Of a stretch of DNA of 64,000 nt, positions 39,023 through 49,550 are shown in pieces (position 1 is the first letter of the stretch; the number at the start of each line of letters is the position of its first letter). The notes beneath the pieces were generated by a model that ran no database searches, was not told the DNA's origin, and worked only from the letters and a program-made list of their open reading frames with translations. Location: NCBI GenBank assembly GCA_965219455.1, contig OZ244744.1:1312001-1376000 (forward strand), in the 5' to 3' direction. The DNA comes from Candidatus Latescibacterota bacterium (GTDB lineage: Bacteria > Latescibacterota > UBA2968 > GCA-2709665). A program made the translations under genes and the position numbers.

Positions 39023-40066
39023 TCAATCCACCAGGGGCAGATGCACCACGCCGCCCCGTTCCACGGATCTGAACACCGCCTCGGTAAACGCCATATACTT
39101 CAAGCCCGCGTTAAAGGTTGTGTCCCCCGGAGGTCCGCCCTGAATCGCACTCACAAAATCCTGCTCCACGGTCCACTCGCGGGCTTCGGCATCCGGAATG
39201 GGAATCTCCGACAGCCCGTCGTCTCCTGCCCTCCCGCCCAGAATGGTATCGCTGTCCAGCTTGTAGATCAACGTCCCATTGCTGCCGTAAATCTCCACCT
39301 GGGGATCCGCGCCAAACCGCGCCACCGAGGAAAACAGAAACACGGCCTGCGCGCCGTTCTCCATCTGACCCATTATATGCACGGCATCGGGGCGCTCCAC
39401 GGGCCCCATTCCCTGGCCGGCGGCAAGCGGCCGGGCCCTGATAAACGTCTCCGCCTGCGCCGATACCGTCTTCATCTGGCCGGCCCAGCGTTGCACGATT
39501 TCCACCAGGATGCCCATGTTCAGCGCGTTCAGGCCGGAATACCGGTCGACCTGACGCCAGTGCAGCGGTTGATCCGGATCGCAGTTGTCGCCGCTGAACG
39601 ACCGGGTATAGATGTGGTAGACGTCGCCCAGGTATCCCTCGCGGATCAGCCGCTGGATGAACCAGTCACCCTTCATCGCCATGGGCGACGGACAGATCTG
39701 CGCGACCAGGCCCGTCTCCTTCGCCCTGGCGTACATGGCCTTTGCCTCGCGCAGATTCATTGCCATCCGCGCCTGTACGAATGCATGCTTTCCCGCGTCC
39801 AGGGACGCCAGCACGTATTCGCAGTGCCGGTACGGCCAGGTACCGATCATCACCGCATCCACGTCTTCGCTGGCGATCAACGCGTAGGGATCCGTCATCA
39901 GTCTCGGCGAAAGGTCGAACTCACGGGCGATTGCTCCCGCGCTCGCCTCGCTCCGGTTGCAGATGGCAACCACTTCCGCATTCCCGATCTTCGCCAACCC
40001 CGGAAAATGCCGGCTGCGGAAAATGCCGCCGGCGCCGATTATCCCGATACGTACCTTTTCGGACAT
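39023..40066 (-). CDS. Gfo/Idh/MocA oxidoreductase
   Basis: IGIIGAGGI, IGTWPYRH, GKHAFVQARMA (variant of EKP). Confidence 0.85.
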   Translation of the reverse strand: MSEKVRIGIIGAGGIFRSRHFPGLAKIGNAEVVAICNRSEASAGAIAREFDLSPRLMTDPYALIASEDVDAVMIGTWPYRHCEYVLASLDAGKHAFVQARMAMNLREAKAMYARAKETGLVAQICPSPMAMKGDWFIQRLIREGYLGDVYHIYTRSFSGDNCDPDQPLHWRQVDRYSGLNALNMGILVEIVQRWAGQMKTVSAQAETFIRARPLAAGQGMGPVERPDAVHIMGQMENGAQAVFLFSSVARFGADPQVEIYGSNGTLIYKLDSDTILGGRAGDDGLSEIPIPDAEAREWTVEQDFVSAIQGGPPGDTTFNAGLKYMAFTEAVFRSVERGGVVHLPLVD

Positions 40067-40136
40067 ATTTCCTCCTCGTATATTTCAGGCCGGACGTCGG
40101 CCCGTTTTCCACGTTCAAACCGATCCGTGCCGGCGT

Positions 40137-41411
40137 CTACGTTTTATACAACGCCTCCAGCAGGCCGCCGGCCGCATCCACGATCCGCTCGCCCGAACCC
40201 GGCGTGAACAGGGCCGCTTCGGGTTCGTAGCCGCCCTCATTAAAAGCCTGTTCGTCGGGCAGATATCCCACGCTGTCGTTAGCCAGTTCCAGCACCATCG
40301 TGTGCCCGAACGGAGACCGTTTCTTGATATCCAGCCCGAGTCTCACCAGCAGTTCTCCCGGAACGCCCACCAGGGCCAGGTCTCCGATCCGTAACGCCTG
40401 CACCCACGTTCGCGCTTCCTCAGGCGCTTCCGCCATCCGTCGTAGAATCCGCCGGGCGAATGCCCGCTCCGCCATGGTTCCTCGCCCCTTCTCATCGATT
40501 TCCTGAGCCCGGGCGACGTCCGCCGGCGAAGGGCCGGCCTTCCGCTGCAGCGACACTTCGACCATCTCGGCGCCCAAAGTCAGATCGCCGGCGAATTCCA
40601 TCTCGTTCCATGCCCAGAAGGCCTGGGCCGCCACCAGCGCGGCGACGCGTTCCGTATGCTGGTATCGGTCGTTGGCGCCTCTGCTTCCACCCATGACGTC
40701 GTGATTGTTGATGTCGCCCGAAGCGCCGTTCGAAAGCGCCGCCGTAAACCGATGACCTCGCATCCGCTGGATGAGACGCGTAAAGTACCCGAAATAGTCC
40801 GCCGAAATCGCCCGCTCGTGGTCTCCCCCACCCACGTAGTGCAACGCGTAGTTGCACAACAATCCCAGGGGAACGCCATCCGGTTTCCGGAGGCAGAGCA
40901 CCCCCACCTCAGGATCCACGGGGCCGGCGGGCCGTACCACGTCCGGATTGCCCAGGCCGGGGTTGGTCCGCACCGTGCCGTCGGCCATATGGAAACGCCG
41001 GTTGAATACCGGCCGCCCCTCTTCCGCGCGCCCCCAGCCCGCCGCCACCGGTTCGCGCCCGCGCCAGGCCAGACGCACGGAATCCGCAATACGATCCACG
41101 AGGAATTCCGTGTAGGCGTCCTCTCCCGTCTGCGCGCCCGTGTGCGTGTGCGTGCAGCAGATCAGCACCCGTTCGGGCGCCAGCGGGGTGGTTTCAGCAA
41201 TCCGCGCTTTCGCCGCGTCCAGGTATGCCCGCGCCACGCCGACCAGGTCGCATACGACAATCGCGATACCCGAGCCGTCGCGTTCCAGCACGAAACTGTG
41301 TACGTTCAGTGGATCGTGAACCGCCTCCACCCTGCGTTCGTGAAACAGACCCGGAATCATCGTTCCCAGCGGCGGCGTGATGTCCAGGCTGATTGCGCCT
41401 CCGTTCAACAT
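40137..41411 (-). CDS. Neutral/alkaline ceramidase-like metallohydrolase
   Basis: DITPPLG, VHDPL, CTHTHTG, FNRR, GPVDPEV, NYALH, ISADY, GYLPD...GGYE. Confidence 0.8.
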   Translation of the reverse strand: MLNGGAISLDITPPLGTMIPGLFHERRVEAVHDPLNVHSFVLERDGSGIAIVVCDLVGVARAYLDAAKARIAETTPLAPERVLICCTHTHTGAQTGEDAYTEFLVDRIADSVRLAWRGREPVAAGWGRAEEGRPVFNRRFHMADGTVRTNPGLGNPDVVRPAGPVDPEVGVLCLRKPDGVPLGLLCNYALHYVGGGDHERAISADYFGYFTRLIQRMRGHRFTAALSNGASGDINNHDVMGGSRGANDRYQHTERVAALVAAQAFWAWNEMEFAGDLTLGAEMVEVSLQRKAGPSPADVARAQEIDEKGRGTMAERAFARRILRRMAEAPEEARTWVQALRIGDLALVGVPGELLVRLGLDIKKRSPFGHTMVLELANDSVGYLPDEQAFNEGGYEPEAALFTPGSGERIVDAAGGLLEALYKT

Positions 41412-41422
41412 GGTGTCTCCTC

Positions 41423-43708
41423 TCAACTCATCAATCGCCGCAGCCAGGCCTTCCCCCGGCCCTCGCGCTTTCTTACCAGCATTACCGAAGTCTTGGCGAA
41501 ACGCCCCACCCGGTCCGGCACCTCGCCGAACAGAAGCTGCTGGAACAGGCCTGTATTCGCCGCGCCCATCACCACCAGATCGAAGTCCGCTCCCGCCCTG
41601 ACAATGCCCGCCGGTACGGACCGGGAACGGATCGCCCGGCATTCCACCTCGCCCAGGTTCGCATCCCGCAGCGTGTGTTGCATCCACCTCATGGCCTCCC
41701 GTTCCCGCTCCTCGTCCGCATCTGCGGGTATCACGTAGCAGGCCGTCACCCGTGAGCCGTAAGCCGCGACAATAGGCTCCAGCAATTCAACGGCGAACCG
41801 CGTATGGGGCCCGCCGGCGGTCGGCAGGAGTATTCGATCGAAGCTGGTCTGCTCCTGTAACTTGGCAACCACCACGTCGGCGGTGGCGCGGTTCACAACC
41901 CTGTCGAGCACTTCGCCGAAAATCCGTTCCCGCGTGGTGGTAAAACCCTTCCATCCTATCACCAGCAGGTCCACGTGCTCGTCCGATACCGCCGAAAGAA
42001 TGCCTTCGTCCAGACGGTGCGCCACCCGGATGTCCGACACCACGCGCAGGTTCTGCTTCTTCGCATAGGCCTGCGCCGCCCGCAACAACGGCATCCGGTG
42101 GTTGATGTACTTCATGCCTTCCTGGATGGGCAACTGGATCGGCACCTCCACGGTGGTACTCACGATCAGATCGCCATCTTTGGCCTTTACAACGGGAATG
42201 GAAATATCCAGCAACGACGCGATCGTATTCGGATTGGCCACGGGCACCAGCACCCGGAAGGGCGCACGAGCGGTCTCCAGGGGCAGCGCATCCAGAACGT
42301 GAGGCTCGGTCTCCCCCGATTCCTTTTGGAAATAGATGGAATACGCGAAAAATCCCACCGCGATCCACCCCAGCGCAACGTACCACGCCATCGGATCGAA
42401 CCGGAACTGATAGATCGCCAGGAACATATTGGAAGCCGCGCCAATCAGCGGCACCCACGGAAAGAGCGGCACCCGGTACTTGCGCTCAATTTCCGGCGCC
42501 CGCCGCCGAAGCACAACCAGTGACAGGTTAACGAGCGTGAACGTGAGCAGAAACATCAGGCTTGCCGCCGACCCGACCACGTGGATGGGCAAGAGCAGCG
42601 AGATGCCCATCATAATCAAACCGGTGACCAGAATCGCTATATGCGGGGTCCGCCTGTCGGAATGTATCCTGGCCATGCCCGGCGGCAGCCACCGGTCTCT
42701 GCCCATGGAAAAGGCCACGCGACTGGAGGCCAGCACCGTCGCGTTCAGCGCGGACATAGTGGACAGTAACCCGCCGAAGACGATGGTTGCCACGCCAAAC
42801 GCCGGCATGAAACTGTCTGCGGCTTTCACAATCGCCGTTTCCTGGTATCGTCCCAGAAACTCCCACGACGTGGTGGACTCCGGTTGAACCGCGCCCAGGG
42901 AAACAAAGACGATCAGCAGATAGACAACCATGGTCACGCCCAGGGAAATGAACGTGGCCTTCGGAATATTCGTTTCGGGCTGTTTGATTTCCTCGGCAAC
43001 GGTCGCGATGAGATCGTACCCTTCAAACGCGATGAACGTCAGCCCCATGGCCACCAGCACACCGCCCAACCCCTTCGGGAAAAATGGGGAGAAATTACGT
43101 GCCGCCTGTTCTGGGGCCGCATAGATATACATGAGCCCGTACCAGACAAAAACCAGAAGCACGAGAATCTTGGAGATGGTGATCACGTTCTCCGCCTTGC
43201 CCGTCACCTCCGTGCCGCGTACGTTCAACCAGACAAAGACGCCGCCGACGATCAACGTCACCAGCGCAACCGACGGCTGGACACCGACCGTCGCCTGAAT
43301 CGTATGGCTGACGTCCGGCAGGTACTTGTGGAAAAACTCCCAGAAATATCCCGCAAACCCCAACGCGTAGAGACTGCACGCCACCGTGTAGGCGAACCAG
43401 AGCATCCATCCGGACAGAAACCCCACGGGACCGGGAAACGCCTTCTTAACGAACGAATAGCCCCCGCCTGCCTCGGGAATCGCCGATGAGAGTTCAGCAT
43501 AGCAGAACGCCGTCATCAGGGTCACCAGGCCGTTGAGCGCGAATGCCAGAATCGACGCCGGGCCCGCCTCGCCAGCCGCGATGCCCGTCAGCACGAAGAT
43601 CCCCGCGCCGATCATCGCTCCGATTCCGATCATCGACGCGTCGAAACAACCCAGACTCCGGGCGAAGGTGACCCGGTTGGATTCCGGCGGACGGGAAGAA
43701 ACAGCCAC
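41423..43708 (-). CDS. APC-family amino acid permease with C-terminal universal stress protein domains
   Basis: IGAMIGAGIF, PEAGGGY, FIAFEGY, many transmembrane segments; RVLVPVAN and RILLPTAGGP USP-like starts. Confidence 0.9.
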   Translation of the reverse strand: MAVSSRPPESNRVTFARSLGCFDASMIGIGAMIGAGIFVLTGIAAGEAGPASILAFALNGLVTLMTAFCYAELSSAIPEAGGGYSFVKKAFPGPVGFLSGWMLWFAYTVACSLYALGFAGYFWEFFHKYLPDVSHTIQATVGVQPSVALVTLIVGGVFVWLNVRGTEVTGKAENVITISKILVLLVFVWYGLMYIYAAPEQAARNFSPFFPKGLGGVLVAMGLTFIAFEGYDLIATVAEEIKQPETNIPKATFISLGVTMVVYLLIVFVSLGAVQPESTTSWEFLGRYQETAIVKAADSFMPAFGVATIVFGGLLSTMSALNATVLASSRVAFSMGRDRWLPPGMARIHSDRRTPHIAILVTGLIMMGISLLLPIHVVGSAASLMFLLTFTLVNLSLVVLRRRAPEIERKYRVPLFPWVPLIGAASNMFLAIYQFRFDPMAWYVALGWIAVGFFAYSIYFQKESGETEPHVLDALPLETARAPFRVLVPVANPNTIASLLDISIPVVKAKDGDLIVSTTVEVPIQLPIQEGMKYINHRMPLLRAAQAYAKKQNLRVVSDIRVAHRLDEGILSAVSDEHVDLLVIGWKGFTTTRERIFGEVLDRVVNRATADVVVAKLQEQTSFDRILLPTAGGPHTRFAVELLEPIVAAYGSRVTACYVIPADADEEREREAMRWMQHTLRDANLGEVECRAIRSRSVPAGIVRAGADFDLVVMGAANTGLFQQLLFGEVPDRVGRFAKTSVMLVRKREGRGKAWLRRLMS

Positions 43709-43783
43709 TCAGACCTCGGATTGGAGACCAAAAAGATCAGGGGCGCGAAAATCGCACCCCTGCTTGTATCCACCCGCGAGATT

Positions 43784-44791
43784 TCACGTCGCGGGATTGG
43801 AGATATTGTCGTACCCGGTCAGATGATAGTCGTACTCCAGATAATCCAGGAGGCGACAGAGGCTGCGAAAGGCCACGCCGAACCCGTCCACCCCGCTGAC
43901 GCCGCCGAACTGGCCACCCCCCTTCACGTGCGGCTCCAGATCCACGAATACGCCCGGCACACCCAGTGGGGAAAGGCGATCCCGGATTTCCGGCACCAGG
44001 GTCCGGAAGTCGCGCAACACCTGCTCGTGCCCCGAATCGCCCCGGTCCACGGGGATGAACCGGGTCAACCCCCGCTCTCCGGCGGCGGCCAGCATGGCCT
44101 GGTTCGACGGGTTGTTGAAACCCTTGATGTGTATCCAGCCCACGCCGGGCTTCATCTTGACATAATGCTCGTATGCGCTGTCCGGGCTGTGACCCTTGGA
44201 CTCCATATTCCCCACGTCCGGAATAATGCAGACGTACGGACTATCGACTTTTTCGTACAACGCGATCAACGTGTCGCCATCGCCGCCAACCAGGTCGGCC
44301 TCCACCTCCATACCGTAAACCAGGCCTGCCGACGCGCACTTCTCCACAATCTGCCCGAGTTGCTCCGCCGCCCTGTCCAGGTATGCCCACGGATCCTCTC
44401 CGTTCGGATGGTAATAGCTGAACCCCCTGAGCAGTTTGGTGTCGAACGCGTGGGCAAGGTCGATCGCCCGCTGCACGTCGTGTTTCAGATAGGACTCAAA
44501 CGGGACGTACCGATTCTGTGTCCCGTCGTCCTTGTCCACGAGCTTGACCTTGCCCAGCGGAGAACCCACGCTGGACACGTTGATCCCGAACGCGCCGTGA
44601 AGATCCTGAAGCCGTTGCACTTCCTCGTCTGACAGTTCCATGACGTTCTTCACGCCATTGCCAAGATCGATGAACCGGATCGTGTAATACGACAGCCCGA
44701 GGGCGGACATCATCGTCAGTTGCTCTTCGGCCCGCTTGCTCACCGGACCTTCATCCGCAAAACCGGAAAGAATGACTTCAGGTTTAGCCAT
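43784..44791 (-). CDS. Sugar phosphate isomerase/epimerase (xylose isomerase-like TIM barrel)
   Basis: LSGFADE, GSPLGK, RGFSYY, DVGN, IHIK, LEPH. Confidence 0.8.
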   Translation of the reverse strand: MAKPEVILSGFADEGPVSKRAEEQLTMMSALGLSYYTIRFIDLGNGVKNVMELSDEEVQRLQDLHGAFGINVSSVGSPLGKVKLVDKDDGTQNRYVPFESYLKHDVQRAIDLAHAFDTKLLRGFSYYHPNGEDPWAYLDRAAEQLGQIVEKCASAGLVYGMEVEADLVGGDGDTLIALYEKVDSPYVCIIPDVGNMESKGHSPDSAYEHYVKMKPGVGWIHIKGFNNPSNQAMLAAAGERGLTRFIPVDRGDSGHEQVLRDFRTLVPEIRDRLSPLGVPGVFVDLEPHVKGGGQFGGVSGVDGFGVAFRSLCRLLDYLEYDYHLTGYDNISNPAT

Positions 44792-44958
44792 AGCAGGACA
44801 CCTCTAATGATAAGAATAGATCGACAGCCTGTCTCGTGGGGGGACAACTCCGTATCTGCGCTGTCCGAAGGCACGACGGAAACGATATGAGCGCATCCGG
44901 CCGGCGCCCTCTGAATCTCCGTTTCCGTTTTCCACGATCCTCGTCCCGAGACGTTGCT

Positions 44959-45675
44959 CTACACAATCAACTCCGGCGTGAGATGAGCCACGAGACTCAG
45001 ATAGCGGACCTGCACCCACCCCTTGCCATTGAAATCCAGACGGCTGATTGCCGTATTTGGGTTTTCGAAATAAATGCTGTCCGGCATTCCGGCGAACACG
45101 GCATGGAGCAGGTCGTTGGCGAATCCGCCGTGACACACCAGCGCAATCCGCTCCTCATTGCCCGCAAAACGTTCGTGCAGTACGGATGCCACCCTCCTTG
45201 CCCGCGCGCGCCACTCCGCTTTGATCTCCGCAGGCCGGTTCCACCAGCCCTGATCCGTGATGGTATCGGGCACCGCGAAATCAGGGAACCGCGCCGCGAT
45301 CTCGCTCCGTGTCAGGCCCGGGTAACCCACCTCTCCCCGACCGTCGCCTTCATCCAGAAAGATCCCGCCCTCCTCGTGAATATCGATCCAGATTTCGGGC
45401 CGGATTCCCATCGCCCTTCCAACGGGCGCCGCTGTCTGTATCGCGCGCAGCATCGGGCTCGTAAATATCCGGTCAAATTCAAAGCCGGCGCAATTCTGCT
45501 GCATTCCCGCGGTGTGGATCCTATCTACCCCATCGCCGGCCGGGGTCAGGTAACGGGCCAGCCGGTCGGCCTGCGCCTCGCCGATATCGGTCAGGGGAGG
45601 GTCGCACACCCGCTGACCTCCTTCTTCCAGCGCGTTGTTCGCCGACTGCCCGTGCCGGATAATATAGAGTTCCAT
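44959..45675 (-). CDS. Histidine phosphatase (phosphoglycerate mutase family)
   Basis: IIRHGQS, SPMLRAIQTA, LVCHGG. Confidence 0.9.
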   Translation of the reverse strand: MELYIIRHGQSANNALEEGGQRVCDPPLTDIGEAQADRLARYLTPAGDGVDRIHTAGMQQNCAGFEFDRIFTSPMLRAIQTAAPVGRAMGIRPEIWIDIHEEGGIFLDEGDGRGEVGYPGLTRSEIAARFPDFAVPDTITDQGWWNRPAEIKAEWRARARRVASVLHERFAGNEERIALVCHGGFANDLLHAVFAGMPDSIYFENPNTAISRLDFNGKGWVQVRYLSLVAHLTPELIV

Positions 45676-45790
45676 CCATTCCCTTTCGGACGAAAAAAAG
45701 CCCGGCAGCGACGCCGGAGTTGGCATTCCTATACGGAAGAACGGATCGGAAAATACCACATTCCCCAAACACGATCAAGCCATTTCTGGA

Positions 45791-46186
45791 TTACGATGAA
45801 ACCGGATCGAACGTCGCCACGTTTCGCAGCCCGGCTACGCTTTCCCGTGCTTCGAATTCCACCGTCAACGTCACGTGTCGGACCGCACCGGGCTCCATAT
45901 TCCCGTCAAACTGTTTCGACGCCTGCCCCACAGTCGCATTCTGGTCGTCGGTCAGCCTCCAGATCAGGATAAAGGGTACGTCGATCGGAACCTCGCCCAC
46001 GTGGACCACGTCCGCGTCGATGCGCACCGCGACGATCAGGGGCGGGTTGGCCTGATTCAGAACCGGCTGCGCCGAGAGATTCGTTATGGACAGCATGTTC
46101 GACAGATCTTCGGCGTCCAGTACGTTTGAATTCCTGCCACAGCCCAAAACACCAACGAGAACAGCGCAAACGATCCTCATCCGCAT
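45791..46186 (-). CDS. Hypothetical lipoprotein
   Basis: MRMRIVCAVLVGVLGC lipobox-like signal; packed between neighbouring genes. Confidence 0.65.
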   Translation of the reverse strand: MRMRIVCAVLVGVLGCGRNSNVLDAEDLSNMLSITNLSAQPVLNQANPPLIVAVRIDADVVHVGEVPIDVPFILIWRLTDDQNATVGQASKQFDGNMEPGAVRHVTLTVEFEARESVAGLRNVATFDPVSS

Positions 46187-46196
46187 AACGAAATCC

Positions 46197-46982
46197 TCAG
46201 GGACGCAACCAGAGCGTCGTTAACGCCACCAGGCCAAGCGCCCAGCAGTAATAGGAGAAGCGATCCAGCCGGCCGCCCTGCAGCAGGGTGAACAGCCAAC
46301 GGATCGCCACCACACCGGAAACGAGAGCCGCAGCCAGACCGACAAGCAGGGTCCCGACGACGTTCCAGTCCGGAGGATCGGCAATCAGGTCCCCCGCCTT
46401 CAACGCCGTGGCGCCCAGGATCACGGGAATCGACAGCAGGAACGAAAAGGACGCCGCCTCCCTGCCATCGATGCCCCGCCACAGTCCCGCGCTGATTGTG
46501 AGACCCGAGCGCGAAATCCCGGGCAGGATCGCAAACCCCTGCGCGAGCCCGATCAACAAGGCGTCGCCAACACCTATTTCCGGCTTCGTGCCTGAGACAA
46601 ATCGGGTGCTCCACAACACCACGCCCGTTGCAACCAGGCAACCGGCCGCCGCCGTGGGGCTGCGGAACGCCAGTTCCAGGTAATCTTCGAACAATATCCC
46701 CACCGTACCGGCCGGAACCGTGCCGACCAGCAACAGCAGCACCATTCGCCACGACGCCGCTTCCCGCCGGATACATCCGGTTACCAGCCGCTGAATCCGT
46801 TCCCGGAGTACCGTGAGCACGGCCAGCAAGGTACCGAAGTGGACGATAACCTCGAACACCAGGTCGCCCGACTGTACGCCAAGCAAGGCCTGGCCAAGCA
46901 CGAGGTGCCCCGAACTACTCACCGGCAGGAACTCGGACAATCCCTGCACCAATCCCAGAAGGACTGCCTCATGGACCGTCAC
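46197..46982 (-). CDS. uppP: Undecaprenyl-diphosphate phosphatase
   Basis: QGLSEFLPVSSSGH, HFGTL, PGISRSG, FSFLLSIP. Confidence 0.95.
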   Translation of the reverse strand: MTVHEAVLLGLVQGLSEFLPVSSSGHLVLGQALLGVQSGDLVFEVIVHFGTLLAVLTVLRERIQRLVTGCIRREAASWRMVLLLLVGTVPAGTVGILFEDYLELAFRSPTAAAGCLVATGVVLWSTRFVSGTKPEIGVGDALLIGLAQGFAILPGISRSGLTISAGLWRGIDGREAASFSFLLSIPVILGATALKAGDLIADPPDWNVVGTLLVGLAAALVSGVVAIRWLFTLLQGGRLDRFSYYCWALGLVALTTLWLRP

Positions 46983-47071
46983 CTCGATCTATCTCCAATC
47001 GTGACAATGGACGAGGATTCGCTGAATAAGTCATAATAAAAATAACCCTTAATCTTTCTCTCTGCAAATGA

Positions 47072-47095
47072 AAACGTCCCTCGTCGGGGACGTTT
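47072..47095. terminator. Hairpin downstream of the PIN gene
   Basis: AAACGTCCC-TCGTCG-GGGACGTTT, with a short T-run on the minus strand. Confidence 0.5.
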
Positions 47096-47263
47096 GATAT
47101 TTCGAAAATTGCCGTGGGTCTCAGCGCTTGGAAAAGTAAATCAATGATCCGACGATAAACTCGCCACGTAGTTTGTTGCTCCGCCATTCCCGTAGTCGCC
47201 GGGCGCCGTTCCATGACTACTGCGCTTGACAATCGCGTTCCCTAATCTCAATCCAGTTGTCCT

Positions 47264-47728
47264 TTATGGGCAGGTATCTTTTGTCAACATACGTTTGTGT
47301 TCTTTTCGTGTGTACACTTTACCGCCGACTAAATTCTTTTCTCTAAAGTCGTCAAATAACTTCCTGTCCCCTATTGCACCACTCCGACGTCCTCCGTGGC
47401 GTGGACCTTCGGAGTATGAAACCAATACTTCTACTTTGGCAACAAGAGCCAAGGCAATAATGTGTTCGTCGTCCGATTTTATTTTTCCTTTAAGTTCATT
47501 TTCCTTTTCCTGGACTCCTTCGGTTACTAGCCTGAGTTGATTAGCCCGGCTGCGCTCCCTAACCCAGAGTTCCATTCCGGCTTTTTTCCATTCAGTACTG
47601 AACTTCTCCGTATTGGAATAAACGATTTTACCGTTTTTTTTTGCCAGCCACTTCCGAACTGGCTCCAAGTTTTCGTCGCGTGGGTCCCTGAGTTTACTCA
47701 GAGTATTTGTATCTACGATGACACACAT
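47264..47728 (-). CDS. PIN-like nuclease domain protein
   Basis: N-terminal IVDTN, then DDEHIIALAL and a downstream D: the acidic PIN pattern. Confidence 0.7.
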   Translation of the reverse strand: MCVIVDTNTLSKLRDPRDENLEPVRKWLAKKNGKIVYSNTEKFSTEWKKAGMELWVRERSRANQLRLVTEGVQEKENELKGKIKSDDEHIIALALVAKVEVLVSYSEGPRHGGRRSGAIGDRKLFDDFREKNLVGGKVYTRKEHKRMLTKDTCP

Positions 47729-47731
47729 CGC

Positions 47732-49066
47732 TTAATCCTCAAATCCCATAAGCCGGTCGGACTCATGCAGAAAAAACTCCCTATAATGCGGCGGAACGCC
47801 ATCCATATTGCCCAATTTGTCAAAACGGATATTATGTACCATGACGATATTCGCTCTTGGTTCAAAATAGATCAGTGAAACATCTTTGTGATCTATGTTG
47901 CCCTTCCTTATCTCAATGCGTGCACGATCGATCATATAGTCACTGTGCGTTTCAACAAGAAACGATCCGTTTTCTTGACCAGCCGACTTTACAAGAAGAG
48001 AAGAAAGCTCTGCTTGCGCTCTCGGATGCAAGTGGACTTCCGGCTGTTGCAACAAAAAAAACGGCATCGACTCTGGAACAAATCGAGATGTACTCGGAAA
48101 CTCGCTATGCAAGATATGCACCAGAACAGGCAGAATCTGACTGACGCCGTAGCCTACATCAACGATATTGGCGGTAGGTCCCCTGACCTTGAATTTCAAC
48201 TGAAATGGGGCACCTAAAGATCTGCCAAGGTTTCTTATTTGGATATCCTTAAATAGACCTGATCGCCTGCCAAACTTGACCAATTGCATTGTCAACTTTT
48301 CCCATTCCGCCTTTTGCGTGGCTTGCGTTCGCATCAATAGCATTGGTACGTCACTGCCCTCAGGATCTTTAAACTCCCTCGTCGGATCATAAGTCCGCTT
48401 AGGTCGAGAGCGAATCGCGGACGTACTAAAAACTGATGGAGAATAATTATATTCCCAACCCCAGTCGAATAAGTCCTTCTTCTTGCGTGACTTCAGATAT
48501 GTTGCCAGAGCGATTTCATTATCATCAGTCAGCTCTTCTGAATCATCCATACGTTCTCGGGTGAGGAAATGAAAATTTAAACCAATTCTGTGTTGTTCGA
48601 GGAAAAATGGATCGCAATCAATCACGTACTCGTTCTGTTCTTTATCAACTTTGATTACGTTAAAGCCCCCCAAGGCTTCAGAATTCGATCGGTAGATAAT
48701 CTTGCCATCAGAGAATTTCTGAGTGACCGTACCTACAGTGGGTTCAATTCCCTCCTTTTTTTGCACAAATTCCACTGTGGTCTCATAGATGTCACCTTCG
48801 AGTTTGAAAGCAAAACCAAGTTTGAATACTTTTGCTTTTTTTCTGCTATTTCTAACTATTTCCTTAAACGTCCCCATAGAATAAGGATATGAATTAAAAT
48901 CGACGCCTTCACTTCGAAAATAGTCTGCAAGTACATGAAAACAAGCTAGAGCGGTGGTCTTTCCGGTACTATTTTCCCCGACCAAAAACGTCAGTGGTCG
49001 AATCTCAAGCTTCTGTGATTCCGCGAAACAGCGTACCTCTTCCATCGTGAACTGGGTAATTTGCAT
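47732..49066 (-). CDS. ABC-type (AAA_21/AAA_15-like) ATPase with DUF3696-like C-terminus
   Basis: Walker A GENSTGKT, signature-like VGYGVSQ, Walker B/D-loop LLQQPEVHLHP, H-loop ETHS. AT-rich. Confidence 0.85.
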   Translation of the reverse strand: MQITQFTMEEVRCFAESQKLEIRPLTFLVGENSTGKTTALACFHVLADYFRSEGVDFNSYPYSMGTFKEIVRNSRKKAKVFKLGFAFKLEGDIYETTVEFVQKKEGIEPTVGTVTQKFSDGKIIYRSNSEALGGFNVIKVDKEQNEYVIDCDPFFLEQHRIGLNFHFLTRERMDDSEELTDDNEIALATYLKSRKKKDLFDWGWEYNYSPSVFSTSAIRSRPKRTYDPTREFKDPEGSDVPMLLMRTQATQKAEWEKLTMQLVKFGRRSGLFKDIQIRNLGRSLGAPFQLKFKVRGPTANIVDVGYGVSQILPVLVHILHSEFPSTSRFVPESMPFFLLQQPEVHLHPRAQAELSSLLVKSAGQENGSFLVETHSDYMIDRARIEIRKGNIDHKDVSLIYFEPRANIVMVHNIRFDKLGNMDGVPPHYREFFLHESDRLMGFED

Positions 49067-49550
49067 TGTTAGATCTCCACCGGTCTTTGTCTAATTCGCC
49101 GTCTATTTTACCCCAATTTTACTAACTGCGTTCTTGATAAGGCGACCCATCAAAGTAACACATTTATTGAAAGAGAGTCAAGACGAAGCCGGTCGTAAGC
49201 GCCTGTAAGCGCTCGCTATTAACTGTCAACACCGTAAGCAACGTGCCGGAGTTGCGATGACCTCGAAAAACAGATCACACGGCCGCACACCCAGTATGGC
49301 CTGGCCTGATTAGGGCGATCAGTGACAATCGCCACAAACTCGGAGCATCCGCGTACAAATCCCCGAAGGGCAACCGGCAAGGGCGTAACACAAGCCTCTC
49401 CCCGATCACCATAGCCGCAAATGTCTCCGAATCCGAAAGCATTCTCTGTGCCTGGTGAATCTGCCTTCGAGGAACGCGATCCGTGCATTTTATGATTGCA
49501 TGCGTTAAAACGATAAACTTTCTATGAATAATTCAATAAAAGGGTTGAAA

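Noticed and set aside
38048-40207. Long antisense or alternate-frame ORFs (also 6060-7403, 12213-13850, 31161-33125, 34522-35928, 56408-57637)
   Set aside because: Shadow ORFs of well-supported genes in GC-rich DNA, with no recognisable motifs.
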